From: a virus
Taxonomy: Duplodnaviria; Heunggongvirae; Uroviricota; Caudoviricetes
Length of the DNA: 26,942 nt
Virus record (IMG/VR): IMGVR_UViG_3300030616_000569
Direction: 5' to 3' (one strand)
Within the stretch, counting starts at the first letter, position 1. Each line of letters begins with the position of its first letter. Shown one piece after another: positions 16,023 through 25,722 of the stretch. Below the pieces are notes generated by a model, which did not search any database, was not told where the DNA came from, and saw only the letters and a program-made list of their open reading frames with translations. Both the position numbers and the translations under genes were made by a program.

Positions 16023-16487
16023 ATGGTAAAACGAGCAACTCAATTGTATAATAGAAGACATAAAAATATGCCTTTTGAGCCATATGTAAGTGGTAACAAA
16101 AGACAGTTGAAACACATACTTGTACAGAATACAAGGATTGTTCGTAAAGATGGGACTGAAGATGTTGGAAGACTTGCAGATAAATATTATTTCCGTATCT
16201 TTAAACACAAAGGTCAGCCATATACACTTTATCTTGGTCCACCAAAGAGAACGCATGGTGGTCTTAGAGTCAAAAGTACTGATAAAAACAAAATCAGATC
16301 GGGTAGAAGGACAAAAAGTGTTGGTGGTACTTCGAAACCAACGGTGCATGAGAAAACTGACGTAGAAAAATTCTTAGAACAATATAAAGAAATAGACTCT
16401 GGTCCTCACTCTGGAAAATACAAACATAAAAAAAGTGGTGACATTCTTACTGAAACACAATTAAGATTGGCACTTGCAAAGAGGTAA
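16023..16487 (+). CDS. Highly basic soluble protein, putative nucleic-acid binding
   Basis: Lys/Arg-rich, no TM, no recognisable family. Confidence 0.65.
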   Translation: MVKRATQLYNRRHKNMPFEPYVSGNKRQLKHILVQNTRIVRKDGTEDVGRLADKYYFRIFKHKGQPYTLYLGPPKRTHGGLRVKSTDKNKIRSGRRTKSVGGTSKPTVHEKTDVEKFLEQYKEIDSGPHSGKYKHKKSGDILTETQLRLALAKR

Positions 16488-16490
16488 TGT

Positions 16491-17435
16491 ATGAAACAAC
16501 AGTCGGCGATAACATCTGCTATAATTATATTACTTGTAGTTGTCAGTATTGGTGTTTATGTATCACAATCTCTAACTATATATGATAATCAATTATATAT
16601 CAATCCATATAATGATGGTTCTATAACAAATCTGCAAACAAAAGGATCAACAGATCATTTTCAGTGTGTTAATGAAGGAATGTCAAATGATGGTGACAAA
16701 TCATATGTATTTCTTAATGAACCAGATTTACCTTCAGTTGATCAGTATGGATGTCCACCGATAGGTGTGTATGATGGACAGATAGGATCTATTCAGGTTG
16801 TTGCATGTGCAAGGTACTATGGTACTGGTACTGCTGAGTTACATCTTGGATTAGATACAGAAAATTGGGTATTTTCACCTTGTGATGATTCTTCAGTACT
16901 GACTTCTGGTTACAAAGAATATACAGTGACATTTGATGAGAGACCATCTGGTGGTCAGTTCTTATGGTCAGATCTTGAAGATATGGGTATAGGTGTAAAA
17001 CCTTATATTTATCCAGATGCTTCTGGTGAGGTTAGAATAACTTCTGTATATGTTGTCATAAATTATGGTACTGTTAATCCAATCTATAATCTAGAAGTGT
17101 CATATAATACAACACGTGGTTATGTTGAAATTGAAAACCTATCGATGCCACTTCAAGTGACATCAAGGGATTATGAAAGTGGATCAATAGTCAAATTGAT
17201 TGCACATAGTGTTAGTCCATATGAGTTTATTAGATGGGCAGGTGATTTGGAAAGTGAAAGTAATCCTGATGTTATAACAATGGATGGTCATAAATCTATA
17301 ACAGCAGTGTTTTCTTTACCAGATGATCCTGATCCAGGTCCTGATCCAAATGATACACCAGGATTTGAGGTTATTACTTTGTTTACAGGAATTGTAATTT
17401 CAATAATGTTAATAATGAGGAAAAAACATGCTTAA
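16491..17435 (+). CDS. PGF-CTERM surface protein with an InlB B-repeat-like domain
   Basis: N-terminal TM/signal; Y..GSIVKLIA....YEFIRWAGD...ITMDGHKSITAVF; Pro/Asp linker; PGFE + TM + RKK at 17358-17435. Confidence 0.85.
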   Translation: MKQQSAITSAIIILLVVVSIGVYVSQSLTIYDNQLYINPYNDGSITNLQTKGSTDHFQCVNEGMSNDGDKSYVFLNEPDLPSVDQYGCPPIGVYDGQIGSIQVVACARYYGTGTAELHLGLDTENWVFSPCDDSSVLTSGYKEYTVTFDERPSGGQFLWSDLEDMGIGVKPYIYPDASGEVRITSVYVVINYGTVNPIYNLEVSYNTTRGYVEIENLSMPLQVTSRDYESGSIVKLIAHSVSPYEFIRWAGDLESESNPDVITMDGHKSITAVFSLPDDPDPGPDPNDTPGFEVITLFTGIVISIMLIMRKKHA

Positions 17436-17724
17436 TACAATATTTAGGAAACTATTCAGAAGGAAATATGAGCTTCTTGTTCTTGGTGTAATTGTATTTC
17501 TCACAACAATTATAGGAAAAGTAATTTCTGTAGAGCATTGGATTACTATCGATTTTGATCTTAGTTCATATAGTCCATGGGCACCAATAATTGCTTTTAT
17601 TTGGGCAGGTGCAGGAATCCTTGTGCTTTGGATAAGAAAGATACGAGCACCTTCTTTGTGGTTTATATTCTTGTCAAGTTTAGTATATACATTTATAATG
17701 TTCTGGGCAATTTGGTTGAAGTGA
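17428..17724 (+). CDS. Three-TM membrane protein
   Basis: ORF track, overlap with upstream gene. Confidence 0.75.
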   Translation: MLNTIFRKLFRRKYELLVLGVIVFLTTIIGKVISVEHWITIDFDLSSYSPWAPIIAFIWAGAGILVLWIRKIRAPSLWFIFLSSLVYTFIMFWAIWLK

Positions 17725-17729
17725 TAATA

Positions 17730-17963
17730 ATGAATGTAATAATAAAACACTTTGTGTCTTGGTTAGTTGCTACATTAATAATATACTACTATGTTGTCTC
17801 AACATTTGGTCAAGAGATGTTTGTCTTAATGTTTATTAGTTTTCTTGTTATAATATTGATATATTACTTCTCACAATTTATAAAAAAATATTTAATGTTA
17901 CCAATTATTGCACTAACGATCTCAACAATTATTTACTATTACTTAATAATGGGAAATATATAA
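17730..17963 (+). CDS. 77-aa three-TM membrane protein
   Basis: ATG 17730 avoids a long overlap; almost entirely hydrophobic. Confidence 0.7.
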   Translation: MNVIIKHFVSWLVATLIIYYYVVSTFGQEMFVLMFISFLVIILIYYFSQFIKKYLMLPIIALTISTIIYYYLIMGNI

Positions 17964-17972
17964 GGTGAAAAA

Positions 17973-19496
17973 ATGAATAAAAAAATATTAGTAGCAATTG
18001 CACTCACTATAGTTGCAATATTAATTGTAGTACGAATTATACCAAGTCTAGATGTATCACAACCGATAGGTGATGAGTTATTTACTATGAATGGCCAAAA
18101 TCATCCTGATGGAAGAAAGTTTTTGGCTCAGTCATTTGTACCAGATGAAAATACAATTGCAACAATTGTTGTGTACTCAACATATGAGTCACCATTCCCA
18201 ATCCCTATACGATGTGGTATCACAACAAATGTAAATCATTATTTTGATGACGGTGACGGTGCATTTCTTGCAGTTTCTAATGGTGTTTCTACATCTGGAA
18301 TGATAATGTTTCCGTTTGATAATGTTCCTGTTTATAAGGATGCTTCTTATTACTTTGTCCTAATGCTTGGTGATGATGATACAGTAGAAATAAAATATAG
18401 TGATGAAAATCCATATTCTGCTGGTAAGATGTATCTTGTAACAACAACACTATCTGTATATAATGATCGTGATCTGAGATTTATTATTGATACAGAATAT
18501 TCTGGTGATCCTAACCAAAAACCAATTGCGACGTTTGATTGGTCTGGTGTACAGTCAGTCGGTGAACAAATATTGTTTGATGCGTCTGATAGTTATGATC
18601 CTGATGGAACAATAGAGGAATATAGATGGAATATTGGGTCAGATTCATGGACTTCGTGGACTGACGACCCAAAAATAATGTATACATTTACCTCTGAAGG
18701 ATCTTATGATGTTTGGTTAGATGTTAAGGATAATGATGGATTATATGATCAATGGTTAGAGACTATTGAAATATCATCTAGTGCACCACCATCATACAGC
18801 GTGCATGTAACAACAATGGAACATATCGATTATGGCGGATCGATAATACCTGATGCAACTGTAAATCTAGTTGGTCCAATCACAAAATCAGGTAAATCAG
18901 ATAGTAGCGGTTTTATTACATTTTCTAACTGTCCTCCTGGTGAATATACAGTAAGTGTTACAAAAGCAGATTACGAAAGATGGTCTGGAACAAGCCAGTT
19001 GTCTGATATTGATCTTGTATTTGTCTCTGAGAACATTCCAACAAGTGTAACACCACCAGATGGATATAATGTTGATGTATTTGTAAAGGATAGTTCTGGC
19101 AATGTCATTAGCAACGCTCTTGTATTACTACATTCAGAGTTAATAGAATATAGCACAAAGACGAATGAATATGGTAGTGCCAAATTCACTGAGATTAATG
19201 GTGGATCATATAATATTGTAGTAACACATAGTTCATTTGATGATTATACAAAGAGTGTTATAATTGATTCTAATACGCACATATCTGTTGAATTATCTAG
19301 TGATCCATCAATATTATCAGGGTTGAATATATTAGCTGCTGGTATATCTATTGGTGTTGGTATATTCATAGTAATAATTGCATTAGTGCCATCATTTGCA
19401 TTGTCGCATAAATATCGCATACTTATGATAATATTTGGTGCAGCACTTGCATCTGTTTTGTATGTTCTACTTGATATGTTAGGTGTGATGTTATAA
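17973..19496 (+). CDS. Surface protein with PKD domain, two carboxypeptidase-regulatory-like domains, N-TM and C-terminal TM hairpin
   Basis: NQKPIATF...FDASDSYDPDGTIEEYRW...YTFTSEGSYDVWLDVKDNDG PKD signature. Confidence 0.85.
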   Translation: MNKKILVAIALTIVAILIVVRIIPSLDVSQPIGDELFTMNGQNHPDGRKFLAQSFVPDENTIATIVVYSTYESPFPIPIRCGITTNVNHYFDDGDGAFLAVSNGVSTSGMIMFPFDNVPVYKDASYYFVLMLGDDDTVEIKYSDENPYSAGKMYLVTTTLSVYNDRDLRFIIDTEYSGDPNQKPIATFDWSGVQSVGEQILFDASDSYDPDGTIEEYRWNIGSDSWTSWTDDPKIMYTFTSEGSYDVWLDVKDNDGLYDQWLETIEISSSAPPSYSVHVTTMEHIDYGGSIIPDATVNLVGPITKSGKSDSSGFITFSNCPPGEYTVSVTKADYERWSGTSQLSDIDLVFVSENIPTSVTPPDGYNVDVFVKDSSGNVISNALVLLHSELIEYSTKTNEYGSAKFTEINGGSYNIVVTHSSFDDYTKSVIIDSNTHISVELSSDPSILSGLNILAAGISIGVGIFIVIIALVPSFALSHKYRILMIIFGAALASVLYVLLDMLGVML

Positions 19497-20017
19497 TGCC
19501 TATGCCAGTGTATGCTCCACACGCATCACAAGCTCGTGGTCTCACACGATCACAAGGTGTCAGAATAGTTGTATTTATTATGATAGCTGCAATAATGATA
19601 TCAGCAGTTGTTATATTCGTCAGCGGTGATTTCGGTATAGGATATAAATTTACTGTCTCTGGTGATGTACGTCTTGGTGGTCTTGGTGACGGATCGTGGT
19701 ATATAGAAAATATACAGATATCTGAACCAATAGCAGATAAAAGTATACTTGAGTTTGGATTCGGTCTACTTGATACATCTAGTATTGATGTTGTTTGTGA
19801 ACTACAAGGAAAATCAGTTACTGATGGCCTTGGTACATTTTCAACAATTGGCGGAACAAAACACTTTACATGTGAATTCAGGCATATATTACCAGGATAT
19901 TATTCTGGAGAGATATATGTTTATGAAAATATGTGTGGTTTAATTCCAATAAATTGTGACACAGTGGAACAAGCAAATGAACCATTCAGTATTGATATTG
20001 ATATAATAGGTGATTAA
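19496..20017 (+). CDS. Single-TM beta-rich surface protein
   Basis: TAATG coupling, N-proximal TM. Confidence 0.7.
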   Translation: MPMPVYAPHASQARGLTRSQGVRIVVFIMIAAIMISAVVIFVSGDFGIGYKFTVSGDVRLGGLGDGSWYIENIQISEPIADKSILEFGFGLLDTSSIDVVCELQGKSVTDGLGTFSTIGGTKHFTCEFRHILPGYYSGEIYVYENMCGLIPINCDTVEQANEPFSIDIDIIGD

Positions 20018-20019
20018 AA

Positions 20020-21975
20020 ATGAAAAAGGTAATAATACCAATAATATTGATTATCCTTGCAGTGCTTATTGTTAGTGGTGCATATCTTAATCTAAGAACA
20101 TTTGATATGGTAGATGGACAAGTTATCCATTATGATTCACAACCAACTGATCCAGTGATTTGGTATGGACCAGTACCACAGGGATTTAAACATTATTGTT
20201 TTGGTAATCTAGTTAAGGATACCATAAATCCAACTGGTGAATTAGTGAAAGATCTCAATATTGTATCCTCATGGTCTTCAGATGGTATGAGTATGTCAAT
20301 ATCTATTAATCCTGGTTCATATAGTGTCGGTTGTGATAAAGTATTTCCACTTGTTGGACCAAATCCACATACAACAAAGTGGTGGTATGAATTAACGTTT
20401 TATGATGGTGGAACAGGACAAAAAACAGTTCTTGCTGATGAAAGTGGTCTTCGTGATTCCCCATCTATGATAACTGATGTTCAATTTTTAACATTTGGAT
20501 TTAATGATTGGGTAGGTAGTTGGACAGGTTATGAGTTTATGCCAGTTAGCAGTGATGTTTTTATACTACCATGTGAACACAGTGATGGTTGGTATGTTGG
20601 TGATGTTGTAGAAACTATAGACAATGATGATGATCCAGAAGAGTGGCTCGATGCTATATCGAAACCAGTCACATTCAAGTTACTTGGTCCAGTTGATGGA
20701 ATCCTAAAGATAGAATTAAAAACTAAATTGTTTTGGTGGGATACACCAGATGCTAAAAAAACATATCATTGTAATGAAGTGGCTTGGATAACTGATTGGG
20801 TACAAATCTCACGTGGAGAATGTGCTATATCTATAGATCCAAGTCCTGATGCATATAGACCTACTATATTTGAAGAGGGTGAAACAGTTAGTATAAACAT
20901 TCAAACAGATTATGCTGGAAATACAGTTTCATCTGTTGGTCAATGGCGTGTAACTATATATAACCCAGATGGAATTGCAATGGGTGATCCTGATGATGAT
21001 ATTATTGGTGATGGTGATATTGAATTGATACATCCTGATGGTTCAAGAACGGATGGTCTTTTCTATGTTGATGATCTTGCAGGTGGTGGTGTCGGTGGTT
21101 TCCAATGGTATACTGTAAGATGGATAATTCCAGAGGATATTTCTCTTGATTATACAAAAAAGGATTGGGAGATAAAAATAGAGAATACAATTCAAGCAAA
21201 AAAAACAGATGATTTTATCATAACTGTCCTTGGTGGTCGTGATGATGGACCATTAAATCCATTTGTTGAGATAACAAATAAAGATAGTGAAGATTATACA
21301 AAACATGTTGAATGTCTTGCAGAAGGTAATCCTGATGGAACAGGTGAAGTATCATACTTTACACTTCAGGCAACCTCGAATGGAATAAAATTCTTTGAGC
21401 AGACATGGACAGCACATTCTTCGTATTCTACAAATGCATATACTGCATCTGGTGATATACCAATAACAAATGGTGTCATACGTGTGTTCATGAGGGCTTA
21501 TGATAAAAACAATATGCCGTCTGCAAGAGTAGAAGATAGTTTTAATCATGATCCTGATGGTACATTAGGATGTTTAGTAGATATATACACGAAATACGGT
21601 GATGATACACCAATCCCAGGTGTAACGATAACACTGAATGATGATGTGTCTGAAACATATTCTACTGATGGTCAAGGTCATGTTGAAATAATTGTACCAA
21701 AAGGAAATAGAGTAAAAATATGCGCTGAGCACGATGGCGATGTTATATGTGCAAACCCGAGAATTACAACTAATGGTCAAGTTGTTAATTTGTATTTTGG
21801 GTTTTCAACAATGATGATAATATCAATTGCAATTGGTATAATTATTATGTCACTTTGTATTATTGCATTTATTATGCTCCACATTTCTATACCTTGGAAA
21901 ATATTGATAATGTTCATTGGTGGTATTGTATCCCTATTCATTTATATAATACTAAATGGATACTTGTATTTGTAG
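20020..21975 (+). CDS. 651-aa surface protein, N-TM/signal and C-terminal TM hairpin; candidate spike
   Basis: Large acidic beta-rich ectodomain with about nine Cys; no family recognised except a membrane-proximal prealbumin-like domain. Confidence 0.7.
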   Translation: MKKVIIPIILIILAVLIVSGAYLNLRTFDMVDGQVIHYDSQPTDPVIWYGPVPQGFKHYCFGNLVKDTINPTGELVKDLNIVSSWSSDGMSMSISINPGSYSVGCDKVFPLVGPNPHTTKWWYELTFYDGGTGQKTVLADESGLRDSPSMITDVQFLTFGFNDWVGSWTGYEFMPVSSDVFILPCEHSDGWYVGDVVETIDNDDDPEEWLDAISKPVTFKLLGPVDGILKIELKTKLFWWDTPDAKKTYHCNEVAWITDWVQISRGECAISIDPSPDAYRPTIFEEGETVSINIQTDYAGNTVSSVGQWRVTIYNPDGIAMGDPDDDIIGDGDIELIHPDGSRTDGLFYVDDLAGGGVGGFQWYTVRWIIPEDISLDYTKKDWEIKIENTIQAKKTDDFIITVLGGRDDGPLNPFVEITNKDSEDYTKHVECLAEGNPDGTGEVSYFTLQATSNGIKFFEQTWTAHSSYSTNAYTASGDIPITNGVIRVFMRAYDKNNMPSARVEDSFNHDPDGTLGCLVDIYTKYGDDTPIPGVTITLNDDVSETYSTDGQGHVEIIVPKGNRVKICAEHDGDVICANPRITTNGQVVNLYFGFSTMMIISIAIGIIIMSLCIIAFIMLHISIPWKILIMFIGGIVSLFIYIILNGYLYL

Positions 21976-21976
21976 G

Positions 21977-22600
21977 ATGTCTATGAAATCATTATTTGTG
22001 GTATATTTGATGATCATCGTGTCATTTTCTTGTGGTTGTATAAATCTAGAGACCAATATTAATGAAAGTTACACGAACTATCCGTTGTATTATGAATTAG
22101 ATGAAATATCTACACTATTACCTGATACAGCGAAGATTCCTTGTAATGTTTCATTGATGATAACATATCCAGATGGTAAACACTATGGGATATATCGTGT
22201 ATATGCAACATCTAGGAATGTTGTGTTTCATCCAGTAAATCATACGCTGTTTCAAACAGGTATTTACACTGCAAAATATGAAGTATCTAATGTGATTAAA
22301 TACGATTATTTTTTTGCAGGGTCTATAGATTCCAGAATTGTGTTTAACCCTACCAAATTTGAGGTAAATGACGATAAGGTTTCCCTAAAGGTAACAAATA
22401 ACGGCAAAATAGATGGGTTTCTATACCTTACCCTTTATACAAAGAAACCTTTTGTATTAGGGTCTAAAATAGTCTATAACAATTATTATGTAAATGACAT
22501 TATATTTGTCAAAAATGGACATTTCTATGAATTTGATCATAATGTGAATTCAGATGAAATGGTAGTATTGATAAATGGAGAATTATATGAATTGAGGTGA
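21977..22600 (+). CDS. Lipoprotein
   Basis: ATG 21977/21983; hydrophobic stretch then SCG-C lipobox-like motif. Confidence 0.7.
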   Translation: MSMKSLFVVYLMIIVSFSCGCINLETNINESYTNYPLYYELDEISTLLPDTAKIPCNVSLMITYPDGKHYGIYRVYATSRNVVFHPVNHTLFQTGIYTAKYEVSNVIKYDYFFAGSIDSRIVFNPTKFEVNDDKVSLKVTNNGKIDGFLYLTLYTKKPFVLGSKIVYNNYYVNDIIFVKNGHFYEFDHNVNSDEMVVLINGELYELR

Positions 22601-22604
22601 TGAT

Positions 22605-23201
22605 ATGACAAAACCGTATAAAAAAGATATGAAGGGTAAGCAATTCAACAAATATGTAGATTCAAAACTCAATGAAGATACAACCAAATCAATTTCTGTA
22701 CCAAAACGATCTTATGGTATGAATGTTAAAACTGCAAATCGTGGGAAACAGGGTTGGTATGATGAGTCGTATAGACATAAGCTTGCTGCTCTTGGTATTT
22801 CTAGTGCTATAGATAAACGAAATGAAGTTAAGACAGCAACAACTAGACATTATCAAGGATCAAGACATTTACAAGGTAGTGAGAAATTTGATGATGAACC
22901 ACCAACTGAACTTGTTTCTATCTATATAGATGAACTTCATGATTCACTGAATGAAAATAACAGAAGATATGAGTCTGGTGAAATATCATCGGATGAACAT
23001 GAGAGAGCCGAAAATGTTATTGTTGCCACTGCGAATTTTATACATGAAAGAAGAGGTTCAATCTCAGATGATGATTTAACAGATGTTATGAGACAATCAC
23101 GTGGTGCACAAAGAGGATCAAATGAGATGATGTTCTATTATAATATAGGTAAAATAGAGAAAGGTGCAGACTACACATATAATACAAAGGGTTGGGTATG
23201 A
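22605..23201 (+). CDS. Tagged protein 5 (tag at residue 50), helical acidic cargo
   Basis: Tag GWYDESYRHKLAALGI at 22752-22799. Confidence 0.75.
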   Translation: MTKPYKKDMKGKQFNKYVDSKLNEDTTKSISVPKRSYGMNVKTANRGKQGWYDESYRHKLAALGISSAIDKRNEVKTATTRHYQGSRHLQGSEKFDDEPPTELVSIYIDELHDSLNENNRRYESGEISSDEHERAENVIVATANFIHERRGSISDDDLTDVMRQSRGAQRGSNEMMFYYNIGKIEKGADYTYNTKGWV

Positions 23202-23710
23202 AGAAGATATATGCATATTTTCTTCTATTGTTCATATTATCTATTATTTCCACATCTGTCATAGAAGCTGATGAGTCATTTGACGTGAAGGTAAAAGTTC
23301 TCAATGATGATGAGCCATTGTACAATGTGTTTGTGTCAATAGGTAATGAATCAAGTCTTACAAATGATAATGGTATTGCTAGATTATCTGTTCCTGGTGG
23401 AACATATACACTTTCAATTATATCAGTAGATTTTGGCAAAATAATAGATGAAGTTATAATAATATCAGATGATTATTATGAAGTCGATTTTTCATATACT
23501 GATACTGTAAATGAAGAGTCGGATTCTTTCACTGTGAATCCATACATAATATTTGTTATATTATTAGTTATAATATTTGCGATACTTATAGGATCTCCTA
23601 CACAAACGAATTTTATTAAAAAGTATCAGGAGAGTCCTTGGACATATATTGCAGCAGGTATAGTGTTGTTTATAGTGATATATGTGTTAACAATAAATGG
23701 TGGTCTATAA
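23198..23710 (+). CDS. Secreted prealbumin-like domain protein with two C-terminal TM helices
   Basis: ATGA overlap supports ATG 23198; LTNDNGIARLSVPGGTYTL motif. Confidence 0.75.
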   Translation: MKKIYAYFLLLFILSIISTSVIEADESFDVKVKVLNDDEPLYNVFVSIGNESSLTNDNGIARLSVPGGTYTLSIISVDFGKIIDEVIIISDDYYEVDFSYTDTVNEESDSFTVNPYIIFVILLVIIFAILIGSPTQTNFIKKYQESPWTYIAAGIVLFIVIYVLTINGGL

Positions 23711-24237
23711 TGAAAAAAATGAAAAATAGTACAATGGCAGTTGTTGCAATTGTAATACTTGCATCAGCTGTTGGTGCAGCATATTATCTTGGGTACATTG
23801 ATATTCCAGATCTTGGAATAAATCTTTTGTCAGGTGATTTAACACCTTCAGGTGCCAATAAACTTCAAGTTTCTTCAGGTGACATATACACTGCACTTGA
23901 TACAATATCAACAAAGGAACTTAATCTAACAGATGTAGAACCATATTTTTCTACTCTAAATATGGGAATGTGGTGTTCACCAATGTCTGCATTACCTCTT
24001 GCAGAATGGTATGATGCTGAATTAACTGCTGATGGGTGGGCACCAAGTGAATCGGGTACAAGATCTGGCAGTGATTGGATCGCATATATCAGGACTTGGA
24101 CTCGTGGTGATCAGGCATATTGTATCATTGTTGGTGAAGGTGCATCCGTAAATACAATATATGGTTGCACGACTGTATATATTATGGGACACGGATCTAT
24201 CGGTACAGTTGAACAATTTTTGGTATACTTCAGTTAG
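23710..24237 (+). CDS. N-anchored surface protein, paralog of 11740-12363
   Basis: TAATG overlap supports ATG 23710; shared motifs. Confidence 0.7.
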   Translation: MKKMKNSTMAVVAIVILASAVGAAYYLGYIDIPDLGINLLSGDLTPSGANKLQVSSGDIYTALDTISTKELNLTDVEPYFSTLNMGMWCSPMSALPLAEWYDAELTADGWAPSESGTRSGSDWIAYIRTWTRGDQAYCIIVGEGASVNTIYGCTTVYIMGHGSIGTVEQFLVYFS

Positions 24238-24247
24238 TGGTGATAAT

Positions 24248-24556
24248 ATGATAGGTATGTTGTTATCAATGAAACTTGTCGGAAAGGAAAGTTGGTTAAG
24301 ATCAATTATCTTTTGGGCAGTTGTCTTTGTGTTAGGTATTGTCACAGGAATATTTACTGTATTGGTTCCATTCTTGTCTCTAGTAGTCGGTGCACTGATA
24401 GTTATTTTACTAGCTCATTATTGGTACAAAAAAAATCTTTTATTATCTGTCGTTATATTTGCAGTCGGGTATGTCATTGACATTGTTATAATGTACCTTC
24501 TTGTTTTACTAGGACTCTACTCTGCTATGGCACTATCAGTATTTGAAATGATATAA
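24248..24556 (+). CDS. 102-aa multi-TM membrane protein
   Basis: SD ggtga 24239-24243 supports ATG 24248. Confidence 0.75.
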   Translation: MIGMLLSMKLVGKESWLRSIIFWAVVFVLGIVTGIFTVLVPFLSLVVGALIVILLAHYWYKKNLLLSVVIFAVGYVIDIVIMYLLVLLGLYSAMALSVFEMI

Positions 24557-24583
24557 TCAGATATGTATTATCAGTGATAAAAA

Positions 24584-25177
24584 ATGACAAAATCCAATAA
24601 AGGTTGGCGCAAAGAACCTCGACGACACAGTTTATCTGCTAGAGGTATTAAGAATAAACCAAAAGGAACACCAAGTAAGGAACTTCCATCTGAAGAGGAA
24701 TATGTCAGTAATCATATGAGACATGTTCAAGAAATCCAGGAACAAAAAGAACAACTTGCAAATTCAGATGATGAGTGTTATTTTATTGAAAGTGTGTCAA
24801 GTCTTCCAGATAATATTGGTGGATTTCATCTTGTTGATGGACCATTCACTTATGATAACGCAAAAGAAATAGAGGATTCTTCTTTATTTCCAGGTATGTG
24901 GAAGGTTATCTCTCGATCTGATGCAATAGATAAGTATCACATATCGAAGGACTACTGGATTCCAATTGAAGAGTCTGCATACATTGCAGCACGACAGGGT
25001 GCTGAAGATATGTATGATGATATGGTTTTTCATGAAGAACAGCGCATCGGGATGGGTTTATCATTGGAAGAGTATCAGGATCTAAGAGAGGAGGATCGTG
25101 AATGGTATATCAGTGAGCGTGACAAAATAGCTGAAGAAATAAAGAAAAAAGATGATATGAGAGGAATGAAAAGATGA
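24584..25177 (+). CDS. Tagged protein 6, acidic unknown cargo
   Basis: Tag GWRKEPRRHSLSARGI at 24602-24649. Confidence 0.75.
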   Translation: MTKSNKGWRKEPRRHSLSARGIKNKPKGTPSKELPSEEEYVSNHMRHVQEIQEQKEQLANSDDECYFIESVSSLPDNIGGFHLVDGPFTYDNAKEIEDSSLFPGMWKVISRSDAIDKYHISKDYWIPIEESAYIAARQGAEDMYDDMVFHEEQRIGMGLSLEEYQDLREEDREWYISERDKIAEEIKKKDDMRGMKR

Positions 25178-25722
25178 CACGTGGGTGGTACAACGAGCCT
25201 CGACGTCACTCTTTAGCAAGTCGTGGTATCTCTACGAACAATTATACATATATACCAAGTAAACTCGAGAAATTAGCAAGAGAAAAATGGTCTGTCAGAG
25301 ATTCATTCTGTGAAGAATTAAGTGAATTTATATTAAGTGATGGTAAAATATTGTCTATTGTCGATGACGACGAAAACACATATAGCCATTGCCATGTTTC
25401 TGAAGCGTGGACTGACGTTGAAAAGAGAGATGATGACAAATTTTATATTGAAAACCCAGAATTCAGCGATAACGAAATGAATAGATTTTTAGATGATAGT
25501 GGTGCAATACGTGTCCAAATCTGTAATCACGGTCCAAACGAATTTAATTATTATATACACGCAAACAAAAAACCGACAGAAGTGCAAATTAATTTGATAA
25601 TTGAAGAAGTGGAAAAATATGATTTTGATGAGATTCATTTTCTCTATAGAGATGGAACAAGGGATGTTATAAAAAATCCAAGACCAATTGATATTCAGAG
25701 GTGGGTGAGCAAGTATGACTAA
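25174..25722 (+). CDS. Tagged protein 7, cargo with ILSDG...H...GAIR...PT..Q pattern
   Basis: Tag GWYNEPRRHSLASRGI at 25183-25230; ATGA overlap. Confidence 0.75.
   Translation: MTRGWYNEPRRHSLASRGISTNNYTYIPSKLEKLAREKWSVRDSFCEELSEFILSDGKILSIVDDDENTYSHCHVSEAWTDVEKRDDDKFYIENPEFSDNEMNRFLDDSGAIRVQICNHGPNEFNYYIHANKKPTEVQINLIIEEVEKYDFDEIHFLYRDGTRDVIKNPRPIDIQRWVSKYD

Noticed and set aside
16047-16067. NRRHKN in 16023-16487 as a degenerate tag
   Set aside because: No GW and no LA..GI; likely chance in a basic protein.
17324-17357. cctgatcca direct repeat
   Set aside because: Simply encodes the Pro/Asp linker before PGF-CTERM.
15688-24480. Alternate-frame + strand ORFs 15688-15888, 16120-16365, 19749-19943 and 24292-24480
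   Set aside because: Fully nested in better-supported genes, with no motifs.
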